Shown: piece after piece, positions 1 to 12,065 of the stretch
How positions within the stretch are numbered: position 1 is the first letter of the stretch
Layout of the letters: every line of letters begins with the position of its first letter
Assembly: GCA_951406725.2 (NCBI GenBank)
Contig: OX597826.1
Location: 744,001 to 808,000 of the forward strand
DNA: 64,000 bases
Origin: Octopus vulgaris
Lineage: Eukaryota
Reading direction: 5' to 3'
The notes under the pieces: model-generated
What the model was told of the DNA's origin: nothing
Databases searched by the model: none
What the model saw: only the letters and a program-made list of their open reading frames with translations
Program-made: the position numbers and the translations under genes

Positions 1-68
1 AGACCCCAGTTGCACCGTCCAACCCATGCCATCATACAAAGCGAACGCTAAACGATGATGATGATGAT
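1..68 (+). mobile_element. 3' terminus of an RTE-type LINE with (GAT)n tail
   Basis: ccgtccaaccc...aacgatgatgatgat matches the 3' end of the RTE copy at 5420-5478. Confidence 0.65.
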
Positions 69-495
69 AATTTGGTTTATACACTAGGTTTTTCTTTTCC
101 ATTAATTTATGTTTATGTAGGTATGAAAGTTATTATTACTTACGTCATTTATATTCACTTCATTATTTGGGAGGTTTGAACTATCCTTATCAAGAAAGGT
201 GATTTCTTGGTCATATCCCGCATTGGATAATGCGATATTGTAATGGTTAGAGTGAGAGTTAAATATATCACTATTAGATGATAATTTTGAAATTCTTTGG
301 GAAATATTTCTAACTAATGATTTTAGTATATTTGGGGGGTGATTAGATGATTTACTTACATATCTAGTGACCTCGCCCTCCTTTCTGAATGAGTAATGTG
401 ACTTGAATTTAGGTCTAATGTAACATCTAGGAAATTAACTATATTAGTGTTAGGTTCATAAGTAATGCCTAGGTTAAAATATTTAAACAAATTTG

Positions 496-975
496 TTAAG
501 TTTTCTTTTTTATCCTCTCAATACTTGATTTACTATTGCTAGGTACAACGAACAAAGCATCATCCCTATATAGACCACCTTGTAACTCAGGGATATCCCT
601 GTTTATGCATTTTAATAAGTATGCTCCTACCAGATTCGTTATCTCCGCTGAGTCACTAGAGCCCATAGGTATATCAAAATGATTAGGGGTATCCGCCCTA
701 GTCCATAATTTACCTTCGAATTCAATGATAGTTTTTCTAGCTAATAGGATTATGTCAATTTCTTCTCTAGATATGTGAGAGCGATTCATAGCAAAAATAA
801 GCGATTTATTTAGTAGAATGGGGGATATACTTGAATAGTAATTGTTAATATCAAATTGGATAAAATAAATTCTATTAGTGTTATCTAGAGATTTTAACCA
901 ATCTATCACTTCATCTGTATTAATCCATAGACTCAAGGGGAGATTAGGAATTATATGGGGTAGAATATTGTCCAA
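496..975 (-). pseudogene. Penelope-like reverse transcriptase core fragment
   Basis: ORF-track protein carries FDI..YSSI, PMGSSDSAE and LYRDD. Confidence 0.85.
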
Positions 976-1125
976 TATAGATTTGCTAAGTCGGCCAATG
1001 TCCGACTTTGTTGGACATATGAGTCTTACCGAGGGGTTTTCTAAGAAATCTTTCTTATGGTCCTTAAGATTGATCCTGGGTTCACATGGTATAAGATCAC
1101 TTTTATTAAATTAAACTTTTTGTAA

Positions 1126-1355
1126 GATCACTTTTATTAAATTAACGAGAATAATGGACCCACCTGGCATAATTTCATATCGTCAACCAATAGTGCCACA
1201 CCTGAGATGTTAGTCACGTTGTGATTGAGAAATCGGTCAACATAAATATTACTTTACACATCCTGCTATCATATTTTCTTATGCAACAATCAATTTCTAT
1301 CCTGTTTCTTTATTTTGAGTTCGTTTCAAATATTAAAAAAAAATTTTATCATGAT
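1126..1355. repeat. 230-bp segment, inverted copy of 3523-3752, inserted into the PLE RT region
   Basis: Near-exact reverse complement of 3523-3752 (only a few mismatches seen). Confidence 0.9.
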
Positions 1356-2432
1356 AGTTTGGTCCGTTCTATCGGTCAGATCGTAATTCACCATAACTTT
1401 TTTGATTTCTAAATTGATCTCTCTCAAGTTTTTCTTCGTTGTTACTTTATACCTTAAGTTTAGTTCCTTTCTAATGAGTTTGCTGTAAGTCGCGTAATCC
1501 ATTCTGTAAAGATTTCGAGTTTTGTCGGCTGGGACAAGGATCCCCTATTTATTTTGAATAGATTTAATGAAATCCTTTAGATGTTAAAGGTTTGGATTGT
1601 ATCTCAGTTGATGCTCCTTGAATTTTATATTTGTGATAAGGTCCAGTAGATCTTTTTCAATGCTTTCAAGCAATGGGTTCGGAGGTGGGCTCTTCCTACT
1701 TCTAAAACTCTTTTTGTAATTATTATCCAGGTGTGTTAGTTGAGGGTCTTTTTCCTGTTTGGTATCGTAGTGGTAAGTAATCCATCTAATTCTTCGGATA
1801 AATTCATTGGTTCTGTGGACCAACAGCCATATGTATTCGCCCTTACTATGTAAGGGGATATCCTTTAAATAAAAATTATGAGTATTCCTATATTTTTCAA
1901 ATTTTAACTTTTTATTATAATAATAAAAAGAAATATACTACACTAGCCTTCAACTTAACTTTCATAGATGATTAGAAAAACTTCACTGTAAACTTGAAAT
2001 TGAAATTTTCTTCTAAATCTGATCTAGTTTTAAAATTAACAAAGCTGTCCCCCAGTTATAAAATACTATGCTTACTCATAATAATAAGTGATAGTTTTTC
2101 CCTACTCTCTGTAAAGGGGATTAATTGACCTTTTGACATTGACCTAGTTTCTTCTCACCAAATAGCAGTAATTGGCATTTTGTTAGTGGCAACTTGAATT
2201 CCTTTTATGGTATTCTGAAACCTCCCTTACCTCATTCCTACAACTAAAAAATTCTTTTTTATTTCTAATTCTTATAGCAGTTAGATACAACCATAGTTTG
2301 GTCAGTTAGTGGCTGGACTTCACAACCTCATATGTTCTAAAATTTTAAATCTACATCTTTATCTGTAAATCTACCTTCTCTATAATGTTGCTACTTGATT
2401 TGAAAGCTTTTGTATTATTGGAAAACCTATGT

Positions 2433-2519
2433 AATTGGCTGATGAGCACTCAGCATCTTAAATCTGCTGTAATACAACATTTAATAAAATGTTGTAGTGC
2501 GAAAAAATTGTACCAAATT
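2433..2519 (+). ncRNA. Type I hammerhead ribozyme motif with branched stem II (PLE pLTR)
   Basis: aattgg-CTGATGA-gcac-[cagca/tgctg hairpin + tacaacattt/aaatgttgta hairpin]-gtgc-GAAA-aaattg-TA-ccaaatt. Confidence 0.7.
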
Positions 2520-2549
2520 ACCGGAGTCAATCTTGTTGCTTATCTTTGA

Positions 2550-2628
<79 letters not shown>

Positions 2629-2744
2629 TACATAAATACATACGCACAATTGTATATACATACATACAATATCATTGTAACTCATAATTTCTTTGTAGAC
2701 GACCTGAAGATTCATGCTAAAAGTGTGAACAATGCTTAAAACCA

Positions 2745-3420
2745 ACTGGAATTAATTCCAACCATTTCAGCTGCTATTGCTAGACAGCCGTTCATCCGAC
2801 CTTTCAACAGGTCTTGTTTTTAATTTTGTTGGGTTTCTAGCAACGCTCCTCATTTGGATATCCAGGTGGGGTTGCCAGTTTAGTCCTGACAACCCAACCA
2901 TGCAACTGGTTGTACTAGATTCCATGTTACCAGCAGCACTTATGAGAGCCTTGTAAGTGACTTGACATACAGACAGACATACATAGGTACATACATACAT
3001 ATATATTTGCATACTTACAAACACATACATACAGACATACATACATGCATACATACAGACATACATACATACATGCATACATACATACATGCATACACAC
3101 ATACATGCATACACACATACAGGCATACACACATACATGCATGCACACATACATGCATACATACATAGGTACATACATGCATGCATACATACATACATGC
3201 ATGCATGCATACATACATTCATACATACATACATACATACATACATACATACATACATTCATGCATACATGCATGCATGCATACATAGATACATACATAC
3301 ATACATACATATATATTTGCATGCTTACAAACACATACCTACACACATACATACAAACATACACACACATATATACATGCATTCATAAATGCATATGCAC
3401 ATACATGCAGATTCATACAT
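2745..3420 (+). repeat. Local direct duplication unit A (about 215 bp unique sequence plus TACA-rich microsatellite), copy 1
   Basis: actggaattaattccaacc...ttgtaagtgac and the following microsatellite pattern recur at 6880-7490. Confidence 0.9.
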
Positions 3421-4282
3421 GCATGCAAACACACATACATACACATATATACACACATACATATGCACCACCAGTTTTTGACGTATCAGTTTTCCGATTC
3501 AGTGTTTTGTCCGACATTTGAAATCATGATAAAATTTTTTTTTAATATTTGAAACGAACTCAAAATAAAGAAACAGGATAGAAATTGATTGTTGCATAAG
3601 AAAATATGATAGCAGGATGTGTAAAGTAATATTTATGTTGACCGATTTCTCAATCACAACGTGACTAACATCTTAGCTGTGGCACTATTGGTTGACGATA
3701 TGAAATTATGCCAGGTGGGTCCATTATTCTCGTTAATTTAATAAAAGTGATCCTCTCTAAAATTAACGATGATTATCTTGTTGCTGGTGGTGGTGGTGTT
3801 TTGTGTGTGTGTATTTGATATTGTTGGCATTGTTATTGTTGTTGTCCTCTCTTCCAGTTATCTGATCAAATGGCTGAATATTCCTATATTTTTCAAATTT
3901 TAACTTTTTATTATAATAATAATAAGCAATATACTACACTAGACGGGTTCGATGTGTGTCGCGGGAAATGCGGCCACGTCTACCTCTTGTGCTATCTCTA
4001 GTAAACATTTAATTCTAGTGAGTTCTAATTTTAGATGTTGTTGTCCAGCTTCCAGATCATCTCTAATCCAGAAATCATTTGCTTAAAGACGTTTTATCCA
4101 TGACCATCCTGTCTTTTGGCTATGAGTAATGTTGAAATTACATTATCTGAGTGAGGTTTAGCTGCTTTTTCTATCGGGTCTTCACGATAGCCAATTGACA
4201 GCTTTGCAGTAATTGTTGCGGTTCTCTATGTTCTGAGATCAAATCCAGCTAAAGTCAAATTCTTTCAGGGTCAATAGATAAA

Positions 4283-5478
4283 CTACTAGATAGAGATAAC
4301 TACAGGGTTATTAAACTGTTGGATCAGGTTATGAAGGTCTCAGAGAGGGTCATAGCCCATCTCATTAGGGCGAGGATTTGCTTAGATAAGATGCAGTTCA
4401 GTTTTGTGCCAGGTAGAAGCACCACTGATGCTATATTCCTGCTCCGACAACTGCAGGAGAAGTACCTAGCTAAAGATAAACCCCTCTACATAGCTTTTGT
4501 GGACTTGGAGAAAGCCTTTAACAGGGTTCCCCTATCCCTTATCTGGTGGTCGATGCGGGAACTGGAGATTGACGAGTGGCTAATAAGGGCTGTACAGGCC
4601 CTATACAGAGAAGCTGTCAGCAAGGTTAGAATTGGCATCGAATATAGTGAAGAATTCCGAGTAGAAGTAGGTATACACCAAGACTTAGCCCTCAGTCCGC
4701 TTTTATTCATCATAGTCCTCCAGGCAATAACAGAGGAATTCAAAACAGGTTGCCCCTGGGAGCTCCTCTATGCTGATGACCTGGCTCTCATAGCAGAATC
4801 ACTACCGGAACTAGAAAAGAAATTTCGGGTGTGGAAGCAAGGGTTAGAATCAAAGGGCCTTAGAGTAAACGTAGCAAACACCAAAGTTATAGTAAGCAGA
4901 AAGGCGAACTCAGCACACACACCCTCGGGCATGTGGCCCTGCTTGATCTGTAGGAAAGGTGTAGGTATAAACTCCATAAGATGTACCCGTGTAAGCTATG
5001 GACGCATAAGAGGTGCAGCAACATCAAAGGAAAATTAACTGATAAGATAGCTTTCATGTGCGGCAGATGCACAGGGACAATAGACACTACATATACTCAG
5101 AAAACAGATTCCATCACACTCCAGGGGGAGAAACTAGAAGTAGTTGATAGTTTCCGCTACCTGGGTGACCAAGTTAGTAGTGGAGGTCGATGCTCAGAGA
5201 GTGTCACCACTAGAATACGAATAGCCTGGGCAAAGTTTAGAAAGCTTCTACCCCTACTGGCGACAAAGGGTCTCTCGCTCAGAGTGAAAGGTAGATTGTA
5301 TGATGCATGTGTGCGAACTGCCATGCTTCACGGTAGTGAAACATGGGCTGTGACTGCGGAGGATATGCGTAGACTTGAAAGGAATGAAGCTAGCATGATC
5401 CCCTGGCTTCCCAGAACCCAGTCGAACCGTCCAACCCGTGCTGGCGCAGAAAACGGACGTTTAACGATGATGATGATA
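4283..5478 (+). mobile_element. 5'-truncated RTE-clade LINE (RT, frameshifted, internally deleted 3' part)
   Basis: NYRxIKLLDQ, AFVDLEKAF, LSPLLF and LYADD in ORF 4319-5038, continued by FRYLG...LHGSETW in 4981-5481. The copy ends in a (GAT)n tail. Confidence 0.9.
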
Positions 5479-6500
5479 TAGCTACCTCACCTGAGAACTG
5501 CACTGATCCCATTAAGGGCCCAACGCAAGGCATTTGAATAAATCACAGAGTTGGTTTGAGCAGAAATGTGTAGGTTGGTTGTGGTAGTGTTGATGATGCA
5601 GGTGGTGGAGATGGTATAGGTTGCATAAGTGATGGTAGTTGGGGTCATGGTGATGGTGGTCTTTTTTGCAAGGAAAGGTCAGTTTTGGAGTAGTTGTAGC
5701 TGTTTAGCCACAATTCAGCCCAGGTCCTTCAAACCTAGAATCAAAGACACACCACCCATGACATACTCTTTGGATTAACTTTTCACACTATCCCACCACT
5801 GGTTGAAAATATTAAGTAGCAATAATATACTGTTCCTGTTTATCTCATCTAATTCTCTTTCTCACGTTTTGAGGCATTGTGTAGGCTATGGGCACTGCCT
5901 TACCTTCTTTCACTAATTAATTAACATGCTTTATGCACAAATACTTTATATGCATATATATGTGCATTAGTCTATGATTGCTACATGCACATACTGCATG
6001 CACATGTATATGTTTATTTGTTTGTGTTTGTACATGCATAAAAACAACACAAGAATCCCAAAACGAAATTCAATACAATATATCTCAAAATAACGAGGGT
6101 ATATCCGAGTGAATTTTGACATCAAATTACCAATCGAACCCCAATGGATCCAGGTACACTCCAAGGCTGGCCATTTTGCTGGTTTACAGACTATTCAATG
6201 TGAAATTTCTTTTCATCAGTGAACAGCAGTTAGGGCAGCATGCCTTCAACAATCTCCTTGGAGAGTATTATGATTGTATTTTGGTCTATAGCCATTATCT
6301 AATCCATAAATCTGAATTTATTTGGTCTGAAGCAAACACAAGACACACTATCTATTGATAGTCATTAAATCCCGAAACTTTGGTTCCCTTAATTTCGGAA
6401 CACCTTCTATAAACCCCCAACTCACGCATTATCATTATTTCCTTCTCTCTCCCATCCACTCCACAATTTCTCTCTCTCACCCCCTCTGTCTCTCTCTCTC

Positions 6501-6553
<53 letters not shown>

Positions 6554-6581
6554 GTATGTATGTATATATACATACATATAT

Positions 6582-6878
<297 letters not shown>

Positions 6879-6879
6879 A

Positions 6880-7490
6880 ACTGGAATTAATTCCAACCTT
6901 TTCAGCTGCTATTGCTAGACAGCCGTTCATCCGACCTTTCAACAGGTCTTGTTTTTAATTTTGTTGCTCCTCATCTGGATATCCAGGTGGGGTTGCCAGT
7001 TTAGTCCTGACAACCCAACCATGCAACTGGTTGTACTGGATTCCATGTTACCAGCAGCACTTATGAGACCCTTGTAAGTGACCTGACATACAGACAGACG
7101 TACATAAATATATACATACATATATATTTGCATACTTACAAACACATACATAGACATACATACATGCATACATACAGACATACATACATATATACATGCA
7201 TACATATATACATGCATACACACATACATGCATATACACATACATGCATACATACATACATACATACGTACATACATACATGCATGCATACATACATACA
7301 TTCATACATACATACATACATACATATATGCATGCATACATGCATGCATACATGCATGCATACATAGATACATACATGCATGCATACATACAAACATACA
7401 TATATATTTGCATGCTTACAAACCCATACCTACACACATACATACAAACATACACACACGCATACATATATGCATGCATACATCAATACA
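6880..7490 (+). repeat. Local direct duplication unit A, copy 2 (14-bp deletion)
   Basis: Matches 2745-3420 but lacks gggtttctagcaac. Confidence 0.9.
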
Positions 7491-7749
7491 TATGCAATAT
7501 ATAAACGTATATATATATATATAGACCTCAACAGAGATTACCCACAAGAAACTGGACAAAAAACCGATCTAGATCTAGAAGTAAACCCAGATCATTTCTC
7601 CAGGTGGTTAAAAACAATGCTAACAAGAAATTGAAAAGTAGCATACATAATACCAAAAACAAGACAGAAAACATAACGAAACCAAGTAAAGTACCACAAC
7701 CAAAACGCAAAATTCATCAAGCAAACATCAACAGGAATATAAATCATAA

Positions 7750-10077
7750 CCAGAAAAAAATCCATTTTTTTACGTCAGGACAACAAACACCGGAGAAAGA
7801 AAAAATCCAAGAGGAAACATACCCCAAACAACTGAACGTATAGATCCTAAAATAATTAATTTATCAAAAAGAGATCTTGACAATGATGAAATCCAACTTC
7901 TGTCAAAAGGACTGAAATTCACACCTACACCAACAGCCAACCACCAAGAATTAAAGGAGGATATCCAAAAATTCTGTCGAAAATTACGACTTGTAGAATT
8001 CTTCGCTAACAAAAGTAATGAGATTGATGAATCCTTAGTAAGGAATAAATCAAATTTCACCCCACCAAAAGGAAGAAATAACTACCTTGACCAATACATT
8101 GATATCCTGTCTAAATTTCCCCTTAGACGCAATACCAATGTTAGGCCAAACATTAGCAAATCAGAGATGTCTGCATGTAAACGTATACAAAACGATCAAA
8201 CAATAATAATTAAACAAGCAGATAAAGGTGGTGCAATTGTTATTATGGATACCGAATACTATAAGGATTTGGTTGAAGACCAACTGAAGGATACAACCTT
8301 CTATTGTGAAATACCCGCAAATATAGACCACCACATCATGAAAAAGATCAACAACCTGATTTCAACACACCACAACTCACTTACGGATAATGAAAAAGAC
8401 TACATCACCAATTTTGAACCAAAACCCAGCAACTTCTACGGCTTACCAAAAATACACAAATCAAAAAACATTCAACAGGCAGTAAAAGAACAAGAAAGTG
8501 AGTACATAAAATTATTACATCCAAAAGACCTAAAACTTAGACCTATTATAGCTGGTCCAGCATGCCCTACACACCGTCTAAGCAATTTTATTGACATTGT
8601 TTTGAAACCACTATGTACTTACATACCAAGTTTCATCAGGGATGACATCGACTTCCTGTCCCATCTTCCCAAAACAACAGAAACAAATTCAGTTTTACTA
8701 AGTTTTGATGTGGTAAGCCTCTACACCAATATTCCACACGATTTAGGAATAAAGGCGATTAAATACTGGTTAGAAAAACATAGAGAAGTGATTCCCAGCA
8801 GATTCACAGTGCCATTTATATTAGACACAGTCAAACTTATTCTAGAAAATAACACATTCTTCTTCAATGGAAAGAATTACATCCAAATTAGAGGCACGGC
8901 GATGGGAACGAGGTTTGCTCCCGTTTACGCCAACTCTGTAATGGGATACTTAGAAGAACAACTCTACCAAGAGGTGGAGGTAAACTATGGCACTGGATTT
9001 AGAAAGTATATTGAAAAGGCATGGAAGAGATACCTAGACGACTGTTTCATAATCTGGACAGAATCTCTAAATACTCTGGAAGAGTTCAATATCCTCCTGA
9101 ACAACCTACACCCATCTCTCAAATTTACAAAGGAGATGAGTAGTACCAAATTACCATTCCTGGATATAATGGTAATTAAAAAAGACACCACCATCACCAC
9201 AGATATATACTATAAACACACAGACACACATCAATACCTAAATTTTAAGTCGTGCCATCCACCACATACAAAACGTAACATCCCATACTGCCTAGCCAGA
9301 AGAATTTGTACTATTGTAGAAGATGCAAATATCAGGAACAAACGCCTAATAGAACTAAGAGAATTTTTGCTCAAACAAAAATACCCATCTCTACTTATAG
9401 AAAATGGCATACAGCGGGCTATAAAAATACCTATACAACAACTTAGGACAACCCAAGGAAGAGGAAAACAAGAACAAGTCATACCATTCATAGTGACACA
9501 CAACCCATGTCACCAGAATATCTTCAACATTGCCAAAGCAAACCTACCAATCATTGCCCAAAGTAATGAATTAAAAGACATAATCAAGGATCGAGCTATG
9601 GTACTTAGTAAAAGACAGCCTAAAAACTTGAAAACATTACTAACAAAGGCAAAATTTGACCGCAGCAACAAAGACCAAACATTCACGGTATCTAAATGCA
9701 ATGATAGCCGATGTGGCACATGCCAATTCATACATACCGGTCAATATATAAACACAAAAACCGGGAAAATATTCACAAACGCGAATATGAACTGCAAAAG
9801 CAGAAATTTAATTTACTGCATCAAATGCCCAAATTGTGAAGAAATATATGTAGGTCAGACGGGAAACGCACTATTAGAACGCTCACGTGTACACCGGCAA
9901 CAGATTAGAGACCCAGAGGTCCGTCAGATACCTTTGAGTAACCACCTAGCAACATGTGGTCGGAAAATATATATAATATTTCCATTCTACAAATTACACA
10001 GCCCAAGTGAAATCGAGAGGAAAATCAGAGAAAAGAATTGTATTGATAAATTCGAACCCAAGCTAAATAAGCAATGA
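7750..10077 (+). CDS. Penelope-like RT / GIY-YIG endonuclease polyprotein (frame open from 7750; first ATG at 8167)
   Basis: Upstream in-frame INLS...LLSKGLKF, then ADKGG, YGLPKIHK, FDVVSLYTNI, GTAMG and YLDD. A CNDSRCGTC linker precedes IYCIKCPNC..IYVGQT, with a conserved R..H and E. No internal stops. Confidence 0.92.
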   Translation, partial: PEKNPFFYVRTTNTGERKNPRGNIPQTTERIDPKIINLSKRDLDNDEIQLLSKGLKFTPTPTANHQELKEDIQKFCRKLRLVEFFANKSNEIDESLVRNKSNFTPPKGRNNYLDQYIDILSKFPLRRNTNVRPNISKSEMSACKRIQNDQTIIIKQADKGGAIVIMDTEYYKDLVEDQLKDTTFYCEIPANIDHHIMKKINNLISTHHNSLTDNEKDYITNFEPKPSNFYGLPKIHKSKNIQQAVKEQESEYIKLLHPKDLKLRPIIAGPACPTHRLSNFIDIVLKPLCTYIPSFIRDDIDFLSHLPKTTETNSVLLSFDVVSLYTNIPHDLGIKAIKYWLEKHREVIPSRFTVPFILDTVKLILENNTFFFNGKNYIQIRGTAMGTRFAPVYANSVMGYLEEQLYQEVEVNYGTGFRKYIEKAWKRYLDDCFIIWTESLNTLEEFNILLNNLHPSLKFTKEMSSTKLPFLDIMVIKKDTTITTDIYYKHTDTHQYLNFKSCHPPHTKRNIPYCLARRICTIVEDANIRNKRLIELREFLLKQKYPSLLIENGIQRAIKIPIQQLRTTQGRGKQEQVIPFIVTHNPCHQNIFNIAKANLPIIAQSNELKDIIKDRAMVLSKRQPKNLKTLLTKAKFDRSNKDQTFTVSKCNDSRCGTCQFIHTGQYINTKTGKIFTNANMNCKSRNLIYCIKCPNCEEIYVGQTGNALLERSRVHRQQIRDPEVRQIPLSNHLATCGRKIYIIFPFYKLHSPSEIERKIREKNCIDKFEPKLNKQ

Positions 10078-10571
10078 TAATAATACTTAGAGGTATTACT
10101 TCCACTGCTACGACCATGACCACTAACAACAACAACAATACTAAAGGTGATCAAGACGAAGATAGCAGGAAAATTATCTTATTTAGGGTTAAAAGTTCTA
10201 TTGCCACCACCATCACCACTAGCAACAATAATTAAGGTGCTGACAATGATGATGATGACAATTGAAATATAAAAATATAAAAATCTCTGACAAAGGATAT
10301 TTACAACATTTCTAAAAATAACCCAACAATTGCTGCTTCGGCCAGGGTCAAGATACAGGACTCTTGACCTGTCCAACAAAGCGTGATGCCTAAACCAATC
10401 AGCTCAACCAACCAATCAGCTTAAGTAATTGAGTGATACTACACACTGATTGGTCAGAATACAGTTTGCAAAACCTAGCACTCTGGAGCCTACCCAGCTG
10501 TATTTATAGCACAGAATCACTCATCTTGCTACAGTCAAAAATTGTGAAGCATGACTGTCAACACTACTACA

Positions 10572-10616
10572 TGAACCCGAAGATTGCAGAATTCAATGCA
10601 TGAAAGTACTAGTTCA
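10572..10616 (+). ncRNA. Minimal type I hammerhead motif in PLE 3' pLTR (core CCGAAGA variant)
   Basis: tgaac-CCGAAGA-t-tgca-gaattcaa-tgca-t-GAAA-GTAC-TA-gttca; stem I tgaac/gttca; palindromic AGTACT. Confidence 0.7.
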
Positions 10617-10778
10617 ATCAGAATGAATATTTAACATTCTACTATTTCATTTTATTTTATTCAATTATAATATATTATCTTATAATATATCATTATAAGA
10701 TTGTAAATAAAACGTGAAAATCAGACAAGGTTGGAATTCTTTTTATTAATATATTCTTCTATACACAATCACACACAC

Positions 10779-10830
<52 letters not shown>

Positions 10831-11754
10831 TGATGGGTACAGCTAACCGAAAAGTTAGCTTCGCAAACGATAAACCGCTAAACAGGTAAAAAAAAATGCG
10901 GAAGCTAATATTAAATGCTGACCCCTAACTTTTATGAATTTAGTTTCGGTTTGGTCTTTTGGCTCTAAAACCCCTAAAAACAGACCTAGGGGGCTGAAAT
11001 TTTCACGTTGTAGCTAGACATATACTGAAGCCGGTACTATTTTGTGGTAGAAAGGGCTCCTTAGCCGTAGTGAAGGCAATCTATCTAGGGAGATAACCTT
11101 ACAATAAATCACTGGGTCCGTAGCTTAGAAATACTGGGTTGACGTCCAGCGGGAACAGCTTTGTTTCATGGAGGAGGAAATATCTTCTTTAGTACTTGGT
11201 TGTACAATGCTTTCAAATGTGTGTAGTAGTGGCATGCGCACACACTATTAGCCATTTGAAAAGACTATGAAAGTCTCGACCACGGTCGAACAATGATGAT
11301 GATGATTTTGTGCCCTTGTTTGTTAACATATATATCTATATATACGTAAAATGAAAACGTTATTTAAAGTTTCTTATATTGGTGACAGAAATATGTGTAA
11401 CATGACCGTTTTTCGTAGAATGTTGACAAAGGAAATGGAGTGGGAGATGGAATATCTGCCACAATGGTGAAAGCTACTTCCATCAACCTCGATGTAAAAA
11501 ATGAAAAGAGGAATTCAGTGCAATTCAAATGCATAAATAAATGTTTCTAATTTCGGCACAAAACAAGCCATTTTGTAGGTTCAAATACCTCTTTGGGATT
11601 TGAGTCCAGAACATAAAAGATCCGAAAAAATCCTATAAGACATTTTTTTACCAACGCTGTAATGGCTCTGCTAATTTACCGCCCTGAGAAAAAATAGTAA
11701 GAACAGTTTCCAACTTTTGGCACGGAGCTAGCAATTTCGGTGGAGGTGTTAAAT

Positions 11755-11960
11755 GGCACATCTTTTATCAACCCCTTTCGGGGTTGATAAAATAAGTACC
11801 ACCTGAGTACTGGGGTCGATGTAATCAACCTAACCCCTCCACTGAAATTGCTGGCCTTGTGCCAAACAGATAAAAGGCAATGTCGTGCTTGGTGGTATTT
11901 GAACTCAGAACATAAGGACGGACGAAATACTGCTAAGCATTTTGGCAGCTTGCCGCCTTG
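11755..11960. mobile_element. tRNA-derived SINE fragments (Meta-like core) in both orientations
   Basis: cctttcggggttgataaaataagtacc and the reverse-strand gaactcagaac...gccgcctt, shared with 55391-55622. Confidence 0.65.
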
Positions 11961-11968
11961 TCCACATC

Positions 11969-12051
<83 letters not shown>

Positions 12052-12065
12052 TAATAATAATAATA

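Larger units (their letters stand above)
70..2550 (-). mobile_element. Decayed Penelope-like retroelement (LYRDD/MGSxDxAE type, Nematis/Hydra-like) with terminal pLTR next to (TA)n
   Basis: RT motifs FDINNYYSSI, MGSSDSAEI and GLYRDD (496-975). The upstream frame reads LKDHK...VRLICPTKSDIGRLSK, with VPADKTRN near 1520 and the N-terminal EFIRRIRW fragment (1584-1823). Frameshifts are present, as is a 260-bp insertion. Confidence 0.85.
7523..10780 (+). mobile_element. Near-intact Neptune-type Penelope-like element inserted in a (TA)n tract
   Basis: Long RT+GIY-YIG ORF, a 3' hammerhead motif, and (TA)n on both flanks (about 7509-7522 and 10781-10827). Confidence 0.9.

Noticed and set aside
2700-2740. 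CTGAAGA motif as a further hammerhead
   Set aside because: No GAAA...NUH half and no stem I can be formed
2481-3521. Many ORFs of YI/HT/CV/MYVC repeats (also at 6352-7524, 17251-20995, 25205-26477, 31926-33315 and 42208-44417)
   Set aside because: They are translations of TA/CA/TACA microsatellites, which lack stop codons in most frames
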